Part shown: positions 26,801-38,800 of the stretch, piece after piece
How positions within the stretch are numbered: the first letter of the stretch is position 1
How the letters are laid out: every line of letters begins with the position of its first letter
Source of the DNA: Nemertoderma westbladi
Taxonomy: Eukaryota > Animalia > Xenacoelomorpha
Assembly (NCBI GenBank): GCA_032718475.1
Contig: JAUCBJ010007175.1
Span: 1 to 64,000, forward strand
Length of the DNA: 64,000 nucleotides
Direction: 5' to 3'
Program-made: the position numbers and the translations under genes
Notes under the pieces: model-generated
Database searches by the model: none
Seen by the model: only the letters and a program-made list of their open reading frames with translations
What the model was told of the DNA's origin: nothing

Positions 26801-29800
26801 ATGATATTGAACATGTTCTATATCACATAAAAAGTAGTTTCAGAATGGTTTTCTGGAACATTTTTATGAATACATGAAGACATGTTTGTTTATCTAACTT
26901 GTTGAAGGCCTAGAACATAAAGTAAAAAATAGCCAAAACTTCAATTGATTTTTGTATCTTTTTAAAAACAAACGTTCCAGAATATAAAATATCTTATGAT
27001 TATTTTTAAAAATATATGTCACAAAAAATATATGAAATCTAAACAATATAGATTTAAATATAAGACTTTATTTATGCGAATGTTCTAACTCTGCCTCTCC
27101 CCATACAGAAGGTGGTTGTCCCCTCGCCGTCCAGCGATGACGTCACCGTGTTGGTGGACCTGTTGCCGGGCGAACCGCTGACGTTCGTTATATCGGACCT
27201 ACCGGACGAGCGTTGGTATAAAGTGCTGATCCGGTTCGTTAACCCCAGAGGTCCGGACGAAGCCTCGTTCGCGCTGACCAACCCGGACGGGACAGCTGTC
27301 GATACACAGTGCGGGGGTCGGGAGCAGAGCTCGTTACCTAGGTTACAGGTACGTTATAGAGGCATTAAAGAATTCGTTGCCTAGGTTACAGACGTACGTC
27401 ATAGAGCCGTTACAGACCTCGTTACCTAGGTTACAGACGTACGTCATAGAAGCGTTACATGCCTCGTTACCTAGGTTACCGACGTACGTTAAAGAGGCGT
27501 TACAACCTCGTTACCTAGGTTACAGACGTACGTCATAGAGGCATTACAGACCTCGTTACCTAGGTTACAGACGTACGTCATAGAGGCATTACAGACATCG
27601 TTACCTACCCAGTGAAAAATGCGCATGCGTATCGCAAGTGATTTTAAAGCGTCATGCGTTTTTATTGCGGCTCAATAAATAGCGATAAAACTCTTGTGAT
27701 TCGCATGTGATTCACATGTAAATAGGGAAGCGATTCCACGCATGCGCTTCACAACTTATTTTACGCATGTGATTCCGTGCATGAAAATCGCATGGGAATC
27801 ACACCTCATTTAACGCTTATTTTACGCATGTTTTACACCATGAGATTCTCATGAGTTAATTCCCATGCGAATCGCATGTTTTTAATTACACTAAAGAATA
27901 TTAATTAAAATAAAGTTGCCTATCAAGAAATAAATAGTTTTAAAATATAAAATGGATGAATACGAATTATCTAATATGGCTGTCAAATACAGATATTATA
28001 TTAATATATTTTATAGAATTGAAAATTATAGGGAATAGTTAAAAGTGTATCATGGTTGTTCTAATCTATTTGTATTATCCTGTATATAACCAACCATTTC
28101 TAGTATTGATTCATACAGCATGTCTAATGTTCTAAGTCTAGAGAGTGAAATGTAATGTAATGTAAGGTAAGTACAGTAGGCAGATGATACGGAAGCCCAT
28201 AGTATCAAACAGTAGTGGAATAATCAACTACTGTAGCATATTTTCTGCCACAAAAGGTCTCAATGTATTACACAAAAATCACAACCAGTAGATTTTTGCG
28301 ATATTTATGCGTCATGACGCTTGAAAGTCGCAAGTGAATCGCATGTGAGTTTTATGCGACTGAACGCAAGTTGTTGTGATTTTTATGCGACTTAAACGCA
28401 ATTTGTTGCGATATTTATGTGACATAACTCAAGTAGATCGCTTGCGTAAAGGTCGGGCCATAACTCTTGGGAATCACATGAGATACGCCTGCGTTGCACG
28501 CTTGCGATACGCTTGCGCACTTTTCACTGGGTAGGTTACAGACGTACGTTAAAGAGGCGTTACAGACCTCGTTACCTAGGTTACAGACGTACGTCATAGA
28601 GGCATTACAGACCTCGTCACCTAGGTTACAGACGTACGTTAAAGAGGCGTTACAGACCTCGTTACCTGGGTTACAGACGTACGTTAAAGAGGCGTTACAG
28701 ACCTCGTTACCTAGGTTACAGACGTACGTCATAGAGGCATTACAGACCTCGTCACCTAGGTTACAGACGTACGTTAAAGAGGCGTTACAGACCTCGTTAC
28801 CTAGGTTACAGACGTACGTCATAGAGGCTTTACAGACCTCGTTACCTAGGTTACAGGTATGTTATAGAGGCGTTACAGACCTGGTTACCTAGGTTACAGG
28901 CACATTATAGAGGCTTTACAGACCTCGTTACCTAGGTTACAGACGTACGTCATAGAGGCATTACAGACCTCGTTACCTAGGTTACAAACGTACGTTAAAG
29001 AGGCGTTACACCCTCGTTACCTAGGTTACAGACGTACGTCATAGAGGCATTACAGACCTCGTTACCTAGGTTACAGACGTACGTCATAGAGGCATTACAG
29101 ACATCGTTACCTAGGTTACAGACGTACGTTAAAGAGGCGTTACAGACCTCGTTACCTAGGTTACAGACGTACGTCATAGAGGCATTACAGACCTCGTCAC
29201 CTAGGTTACAGACGTATGTTAAAGAGGCGTTACAGACCTCGTTACCTAGGTTACAGACGTACGTCATAGAGGCATTACAGACCTCGTCACCTAGGTTACA
29301 GACGTACGTTAAAGAGGCGTTACAGACCTCGTTACCTAGGTTACAGACGTACGTCATAGAGGCTTTACAGACCTCGTTACCTAGGTTACAGGCACATTAT
29401 AGAGGCTTTACAGACCTCGTTACCTAGGTTACAGACGTACGTCATAGAGGCATTACAGACCTCGTTACCTAGGTTACAAACGTACGTTAAAGAGGCGTTA
29501 CAGACCTCGTTACCTAGGTTACAGGTACATTATAGAGGCGTTACAGACCTCGTTACCTAGGTTACAGACGTACGTCATAGAGGCATTACAGACTTCGTTA
29601 CCTAGGTTACAGACGTACGTTATAGAGGCGTTACAGACCTCGTTACCTAGGTTACAGGTACATTATAGAGGCATTACAGACCCCGTTACCTAGGTTACAG
29701 GCATGTTATAGAGGCGTTACAGACCTCGTTACCTAGGTTACAGGTACGTTATAGAGGCGTTACAGACCTCGTTACCTAGGTTACATGTTAGTTTGTGGGG

Positions 29801-32800
29801 GGGGGAGGGGGGGGGGGGGCTCGCTCCAAACGGCTAAAGATACAAACAGTGGTGAAATATTTCTTATTTATAACATTATAATATGTATCATAATAATTAT
29901 TATATGTTATTTATTGTTGATTTGGTTATTATCTCTGGTATATTATTTACAGACAATTGAGTTCCTGGAATCTCGTGGTGCGACTGCAGTGGAAGTGGCG
30001 ACGCTGTGTCTAAAGCCTAGTCGGCGTTACGTTGCCACGGTGACCGTAACACGTAGCACTAGCGGTTACCCTAGCGACGGGGTTGGCATAGACTCGGTTG
30101 TCGCCCTACCTGTCCCCGACGACCTAACCTTCACTACTGACGATGGAATGGATCTCGTTGACGAGTTCAATGAACTTAACTGTCTGCAGTGAGTCTGTCT
30201 ATCAGTAAATTAATTTACAAATAAAATCTTTTTTTTAACCTCATAAGTCTCATTTATTTACATAGATAATAAAAACTTTACAAAATTCAGATAATATTAA
30301 ACAACGTTACTAGGCAACAAATGTAAGAGCGAAATTTAAAATGAAAAGTGCACCCACCCCCCAACACAGAAACAGTCTCTATGATGTATGGAGCATACTA
30401 CTGTACTACCCCACCCACCCAGCCGAACTGCGCCAACACCCCCGGGTCTGAATCCGCGTTAGCCAACCGGATCGATGAGTCGGTGACTACCTCCCGCACC
30501 GGTCGCCTATCATCTGAACGGTAACCGCGCAAACACATTAAGGACGACTTGAGGAGGGAGAAACTGATCTGACAACTTTACCGCCAGTCGTTTTACAAAC
30601 TGGTGGGCAGCTGGTGCCATTCCTCCGAAAGCAGAGAGGATTAAGGGAGTGAAGGTGGAGTGTTCCACCTCGCGTAATCTCTCCTCGTATTTCCGGCACT
30701 TCCTCGCCTCGTAGTGGAGATGAGCGGCGTCAATCGACATCGCCGCGTTGGTGTCCGCCAGCGGGTTGAACGCCGACACGTCGCTGAATATTTTCGGGTA
30801 GCGATTGACCAAGAATCCGCTTACCGACATGTCGAGCCGCGCCAGCTGGTCTGTCGAGGTGGAACACATATAAATCTAATAAATAATAATGAAATGTCAA
30901 ATTATCTTATTGGAATTATTAATACATTATTAAGCCATAAATTAATTAATAATTAATTTATTAAAAATAATTATTATTGAGAACAAAATAATGTGGAATG
31001 GATATAGGACGTTTCGTCCCCGGTGCGAAAAGTCCAGGGAAGAAAAGTGCGGGGACGAAATGTCCACCATCACGGACTTTTCGTCCAGAAAGTAAATAAT
31101 TACTAGCTACCATGACTCATAAATTATTCCAGACAAATATTTTAATTGAAGATTCAATTTCTTTTTTATTAATTTTTTTACTAGCTATTATAAAGTACTA
31201 GCTAACACAAAATCAAAATAACTAACTACCATCTTAATGTGAGAAGGTAGCTAAAGGGGTGAAAAGTCCGGGACGAAAATACCGGGTTAAAAGTTCCGGG
31301 ACGGAAAGTCCGCGGGACGACAAGTACGGGACGGAAAGTCCGGGAGGGAAAGTCCGGGGACGAAAAGTCCGGGGACGAAAAGTCCGGGGACGAAAAGTCC
31401 GGGGACGAAAAGTCCGGGGACGAAAAGTCCGGGGACGAAAAGTCCGGGGACGAACAGTATATTGACGAAATGTCCGTATACCATGTGGAATAACTTGTTT
31501 TTTCTGTAGGTCTGTGTGTGTCCTCTTTTTAATCCGGATTTATTCGCAATAGCAGAATATGCATTTATTCCTCGGCTACGCCTCGAAAAAATGTGCACAT
31601 TCTACTATTCCTCGAAAATTCGGATAAAAAAGTCAGACAAAAAAATAGTACTTTCTTTTTGTAAAATAAATAAATTATATTATGTTTTTTAATTTATTGA
31701 AATAGAAATATACCGTTTTCTACTATACTTTTATTATTACTTCTACAAGGTTTTGGTACAAAAACTCTGATATTGTAATTCCCGAGGAGTGTCGGGACCC
31801 GGCCAAATCCATCAGCTTACAAATACACGAGGCCGCGTTACCCTGCGAGTGCGACCCCATTGGTTCAATATCTACTGGTTGCGATACACAGAATGGTCAG
31901 TGCCGGTGTAAACGCAATGTGATTGGTCGGCGTTGCACGGCCTGTGTTAGTTACCACTACGGGTTCGGGGCAGAAGGGTGTCTTCCGTGCGACTGCAATA
32001 GAGATGGGACAGACACGGATGTCTGTACTGAAGATACAGGCCAGTGTCGGTGTAAAGATAGTAAGTTTGTACAGTAGTTTAGTAGTAGACCTTGTGTGTG
32101 TAAAGATAGTAAGTTTGTACAGTAGTTTAGTAGTAGACCTGTGTAGAGTGTGTAAAGGTGGGCAAGTGTACCGTATAGTAAAATGCTACGTGTACAGCTC
32201 GTAAAGTTAATTTAAAGTAAAGATTTTTATCTCAGTTAAAACGGCAGTGTGCAGATATTAAGAGTGGAATAAAATTTATTAATAATTATTTTTAACGTCT
32301 CGTAGATATCGTTGGTCGTACATGCGACACTTGCGGCCGGATGCGGCATCGCTTCCCCACGTGCGTGGCCTGCGACTGCGGGAGATACGGCCGACTCGTG
32401 CGACCCGGTCTCCGGTAGTTGCATCGGTTGCTCCGAGAACACCGCCGGGAAACAGTGCGGCGACTGCGCCACGGGTTACTACCGGGGGGTTGCTGCTATG
32501 GGAACCGAGACCCGTTGTCTGGCATGCACGTGTCCCGGCCGACCCGGGTCTGGGAGGTATTTCGCCGATTCCTGTCAGATGGTCTCTTTCGCCGGACAAA
32601 ACAAGGTAACGAATCTGTTGCATTCCTATCGTATTAGTGTTTTTGTAATGCATTTATTATTCGATAGTCTTCAATATTAATATAGATACTATTTTAGATT
32701 AAATGGAGTTGGCATTTGTTATGGCTGTATTGTTAATTAATTGGAACTTTGATAAAAAAACTTTTATGAAAATGTTTGGCTGATAAAAACAACAGCACTC

Positions 32801-35800
32801 CAGAGTTTGTACTTTTCGCACCAAGTTTTTACCTCACATTTTGGCGTGCAGCATTAACATTAACATTTTTCTCTTTTGTTATTTAATTTAATTCCTTTTA
32901 CGGATTTAATCATTGGACGTTGGGGTGTCACTTGTGGTTTATAAAAAGTGGGGCGAGCCAAAGTATTAGTTTTTGCTTTTTATATTTCTAAAGTGTCCCA
33001 GATGTCGAATTTTCTTATATTTTAGTGGTTTATATTTTTGTGATTTCATTTTTCATTTTTAGTAGAAAATCAACTGCATTCAGTTCCAGATCTATAAATT
33101 AGTTGGAGTGGAATATTTCGTTTAAATTATATTCAATTAAATATTGTTTCGGGGCTCTCAATATTTGAGCACCAAAAATGGCTTCTCGTTCGAGGCCCCA
33201 CCCCCCCCCCCCCCCCCCCCCCCCTTCGAGAACGAGGGGGGAGGGGCGGGATACTCCATTCTGTATATGATTAATGAATTTAATTATCTAATTAATTTTA
33301 ATTTATTAATTTATACAGGAGTTGCGATGCTCATGTAGTCCCGGTTACCAAGGAAACGAATGCGACCAATGCGTTCCCGGTTACTATGGCAATCCCCCCG
33401 CTTGGTATCAGCTGTTCCAAATGTTTCTGCAACGATAATACCGGGGAATTCCGGATGCGACGCCTCTAGCGGCGCGTGTAGGAACTGCAGAGGGAATACG
33501 GAGGGGAGAGAATGTGAGCGTTGTGTACCGGGGTTCTGGGGGGAAGCGACACAGGGCGATTGTAAGCCGTGCGGATGCAGTTAACTAGGATCGTACAGTA
33601 AACCGTGCGGATGCAGTAAACTAGGATCGTAAGTAAACCGTGCGGATGCAGTAAACTAGGATCGTAAGTAAACCGTGCGGATGCAGTAAACTAGGATCGT
33701 AAGTAAACCGTGCGGATGCAGTAAACTAGGATCGTAAGTAAACCGTGCGGATGCAGTAAACTAGGATCGTAAGTAAACCGTGCGGATGCAGTAAACTAGG
33801 ATCGTAAGTAAACCGTGCGGATGCAGTAAACTAGGATCGTAAGTAAACCGTGCGGATGCAGTAAACTAGGATCGTAAGTAAACCGTGCGGATGCAGTAAA
33901 CTAGGATCGTAAGTAAACCGTGCGGATGCAGTAAACTAGGATCGTAAGTAAACCGTGCGGATGCAGTAAACTAGGATCGTAAGTAAACCGTGCGGATGCA
34001 GTAAACTAGGATCGTAAGTAAACCGTGCGGATGCAGTAAACTAGGATCGTAAGTAAACCGTGCGGATGCAGTAAACTAGGATCGTAAGTAAACCGTGCGG
34101 ATGCAGTAAACTAGGATCGTAAGTAAACCGTGCGGATGCAGTAAACTAGGATCGTAAGTAAACCGTGCGGATGCAGTAAACTAGGATCGTAAGTAAACCG
34201 GTGTCGTTGGTGAATGAACGGGGTTCGAACCAGCGCTATACGTACGTTTGGCCTATCAGGCCTCATCAGTAGCGTTAACCAGTTCAGTCACTTGCCCCTG
34301 ACACTTACTCTCCCATCTAATACACTTCTTTTGGACATTTAGTTTAAAGATGCATACTAATGCCGCTACTAATGAGGCCTACCAGGCCGAAAAATGCGTA
34401 TAGCGCTGGTTCAACCCCCGGTGACATGTTTTCTCATGTTTGACCATTTCTGAATAAAAATATATTAAGACTATAATTCATTAAATAGTTTTGCATTATC
34501 AGCTGGTTGATCTCCAATTCATGCAATCGTAAGTAAACTGTGTAGTTAAGTTGTGTTCATGTAATAAAATGTTCCACCTTGGTGTTGTGGTTGCATTGAA
34601 TTAACATCTCTCGTAGGTCGTGGGTTCGATCCCCAAATGAGCCAGGGTAGTTTTCGTTTCGGCACGATGGTAGCTAAATGAGTACTGGGGATTCCTGTTT
34701 GGGAATTAGAAGTCCCAAAAATGTTTATTTTGAAGTGTATTTGTTTTAACATTAATTATTACAATTACAATAAATGATTTAACTCTAGTTACTTATTTCG
34801 CCTTGTGCGTTATGAAAAATGAGCAAGCCAGGGCCTTGGAAGAAATTAAACAGCAACTAGTTTTAAACCAGGACATGTTAAGTGCCTCTAATAGGCAATT
34901 ACCACCCAAGGCCACGAAACCAGGCTTCCAAATAATCCAGAGAGCTTCTGACATGGCAGGTATTCATGCAGAAGATTATAGGTGGAACCAGATTAACGAT
35001 AGTGACATTTTCAGTCGGACTGACTCCAGGCCTCAACAACCTCCCATACAAGTGAACCAACCTTACACGGATGACCCACCCAAATTTACCTTTCATACAC
35101 CACAAATAACTCCTGACTATTCCAAACTAAATATGTCAGCACAAGAGAGTTTTACACACCAGATGGCACGTACAGAAGCGCGTCAAGCAGTGTCCACTGG
35201 AGAAACTCTTAAGTTCTATGGCGATGAACTAAAATGGCTGCCATTTAATGAATAATTATAAAGACACTATTCAAAATTCAGTGCTTTCTGATGGTGAGAA
35301 GTTAAGGTTTTTGATCGACTGTTTGGAAGGAGCTCCCAGAGATATGGCTATGAAATATATTGGTCACCCTGGAGGATTACAGCAATGTTTGAGTAATTTA
35401 TGTGAACGTTATGGTAACAAAACTAAAATAGCTAGATATATCTATCAAAAGTTAGTTGCCCGAAAGCGTATCACAGCCGCTGGATTGATTGAATTCGCTG
35501 ACGAAATTCAAGAGATGTGCCGGCAATTAGACTGGTTAAGTAGAACTGATGTTTATGATACAACCATGCTCGTAAATATGATAGCAAAACAACCTACCCA
35601 AGGGCAATGTAGGAAACAGGTGGGATAAACATGTCCTCCATCTGGAACGTAGCCAAAATAGAGAACCAAAAATGCAAGACTTTACAAAATTCCTGAAGGA
35701 AGAAGTAAAACTGCAATTGCAAAGGGAACGCAATGAACCAAAGGTCAGTGAAAGGTTTGTGACCAGAAAGCGAGGAACTGTGTACCACGTGACAGTGAAA

Positions 35801-38800
35801 GCTATACATCGCCAGGTGAGGATACGGGTAGGGATAGTGCGAGTGAAGTATATTATACTAAACCGACTGGTAAACTGAGAACTGGGCCAAGTACACCACC
35901 TAGATCCAGACAAGTTAGTTGCAAATCTAGTGCCCCTAGTAGAGACAAGCATTCCGGACCCGACACTTACCCCTTGAAGGTGCCAAATGTACAATCCAAT
36001 ACAGCTGTCTGTCTACACGAAATTGCTCTTTATGTAAGGAGACGCACCGACTATCACGTTGCCCAGAATTTTTCAAGAAAACTCTTAAGGAAAGAAGGGC
36101 TACTGTAAGCTCACTTGGACTCTGTTTCGTTTGTTTACAATCCAGACATTTGAGAAACAAATGTCGGTTCGAAACAAAATGTCCCAAATGTAGTGAAAGA
36201 CATCATGCTCTGTCTGTTACATATAGATCAGCCTAAGGTAAGGGACCCGGAATATCATGTTCAATTTAGCGACTGCTATGACTCGAACACCTCATCTGAT
36301 GCGGCGGAATTTTTCCCCGGATAATTTTCTGATGAAGATGAAATGTGTAATATGTGTCATTCAGCCATATACAAGGCACTACAATATGAAACTCCATCAG
36401 ACACTAATGATGATGAACTAAACGACCCAGCTCATGCGCAGGTGAGTAAGCGCATTCACCGACCCAAATATGTTATCCGTGAATTTCCTGTGGTCCAACT
36501 TCGTTTGCACACACCCCACTCCAGTGTCATTATAAATGCGCTCATGGACACAAGAGGTACCGGAAGCCAACATCTTGTTTAGAGACAAAGACAAATTCCC
36601 CATGAAACTGTAACTATCAGGAATTGTGCAAGTATGGAAGTCGACAGTTAGTACTAACTATTGCAAGGGAGCTCTATCGACACCATGGTAAGGACTGCTT
36701 GAGAAACATCAAAACTTGAAACACTCGAGAAACGGCCACCACATCCTCCGCCTATGACGACTTATGCCGGCAGGACAAGGATCGGCTGGTTTTGTACTGG
36801 ACCATCAGCTAAGACTTTGGCTGAACGAGAGAGCCGATCTAAAAGCCTTCAATGTAACATGACCAACAGGAGATATGTCATTTCTGTCTCATTTCTCGTT
36901 CAGGAAATGTGGAGTGAGAACAACTCCTGGGATCTGGAGAAACATGATCTGGGGAGTATAATTCTGGGGGGGGGGGGGGGGGGGGGGGGCACTGGAAATA
37001 TGTATTCAGTCTTTGTGCATAATTCCTGGCGAAACGGCTGAAGAAAATTTACTTTACTAATATTTAACCACATTTACAGACAATGCGACGGCGACGGTAA
37101 CTGTGGTGTTTGCGATATCCGTTCCGGCGTTTGTGATTGTTTACCTAATGTCGAAGGCAAACTGTGTAAAAGGTTAGTCTCTGTAAAGATAAATCAACAC
37201 AAACCGTTATACGGTTATGGCTAAATGTTTATAGCCATCCTGCGTTAGTTTATTTACACTAAACATTTATTGTACTCAATCTCAACCCAAGATTCAGATA
37301 CCCAATCCTACCTCCCCTCCCTCCATTACTTTTATTTATATTCAGTTCTCATATAGCCCTACCTTGACAGTAACACACTGAATAGCAATATCTTATATTT
37401 TAAACCAACCCCACCACCCACCACTATAGTGCTGTTTAACTTATTTTGTAGTGACAAATTAACTAAACCCAATAAAATAAATATAAATGACACTAATTTT
37501 TTCAACTAATTAAATAATAGTTGGAATTCAACTAAAAGTTAACTAAATACCAACATTTTGAATAATTCACGTAAACATACCGACAGTTCTTATTGACTCG
37601 TAAAGGACAACACCACCCATTCTATATTGGGTATGGTCTTTCATATGGTTATCACTATGTTAGCCTACTCTACCTTGTAACTTAGCTCAACTGGATCGAG
37701 GGATCCGGGAGAAAAAATACAGTTCATTTAGTTTTAAATCACTTCGCTTGTAACTTAACTGTGTAATAAATAAATTATTAATTAACTTTAAGTAGATTCT
37801 TTCAACGCATATAATATATATTTTATTATTTTTGAACATATATAAAGTAATTTCAGACAATGTTTACTACAATATTTTATCTACTACTTGCTCTATTATC
37901 CGTACCGGTATCTCAATGTAACTCATTATTTGCTTCGTATAGATGCCAACCTGGGTACTGGGGTCTGGGATCCCAGGCTGACTCACCAGGCTGTCAGCCT
38001 TGTGATTGCAGTCCCCAGGGATCACTGACACCGGACTGTAACCAATTAGAAGGTCACTGTGACTGCAGACCCGGTTTCGGTGGTCGAACATGTACAGAAT
38101 GTGCTAATGGACAGTGGGGTAAGTTAATGTTGTAATGGACAATGGGGTAAGTTAGTGTGGTAATGGACAATGGGGTAAGTTAATGTTGTAATGGACAATG
38201 GGGTAAGTTAATGGACAATAGGGTAAGTTAATGGACAATGGGGTAAGTTAATGGACAATGGGGTAAGTTAATGTTGTAATGGACAATGGGGTAAGTTAAT
38301 GGACAATGGGGTAAGTTAATGTTGTAATGGACAATGGGGTAAGTTAATGGACAATAGGGTAAGTTAATGGACAATGGGGTAAGTTAATGTTGTAATGGAC
38401 AATGGGGTAAGTTAATGGACAATGGGGTAAGTTAATGTTGTAATGGACAATGGGGTAAGTTAATGGACAATAGGGTAAGTTAATGGACAATGGGGTAAGT
38501 TAATGTTGTAATGGACAATGGGGTAAGTTAATGGACAATGGGGTAAGTTAATGGACAATGGGGTAAGTTAATGGACAATGGGGTAAGTTAATGGACAATG
38601 GGGTAAGTTAATGTTGTAATGGACAATGGGGTAAGTTAATGGACAATAGGGTAAGTTAATGGACAATGGGGTAAGTTAATGTTGTAATGGACAATGGGGT
38701 AAGTTAATGGACAATGGGGTAAGTTAATGGACAATGGGGTAAGTTAATGGACAATGGGGTAAGTTAATGGACAATGGGGTAAGTTAATGGACAATAGGGT

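Noticed and set aside
28415-29357. Minus-strand Cys-rich TYVCNLGNEVCNAS repeat ORFs
   Set aside because: Antisense reading of the 45-bp junction array.
32380-33600. Programmed frameshifting or editing, since three +1 shifts sum to +3
   Set aside because: The first shifted frame hits TAG at about 32415 and no recoding signals are visible; consensus error is simpler.
33562-34200. 35-bp repeats as a CRISPR array
   Set aside because: Head-to-tail units with no spacers, no cas genes, and a eukaryotic intron context.
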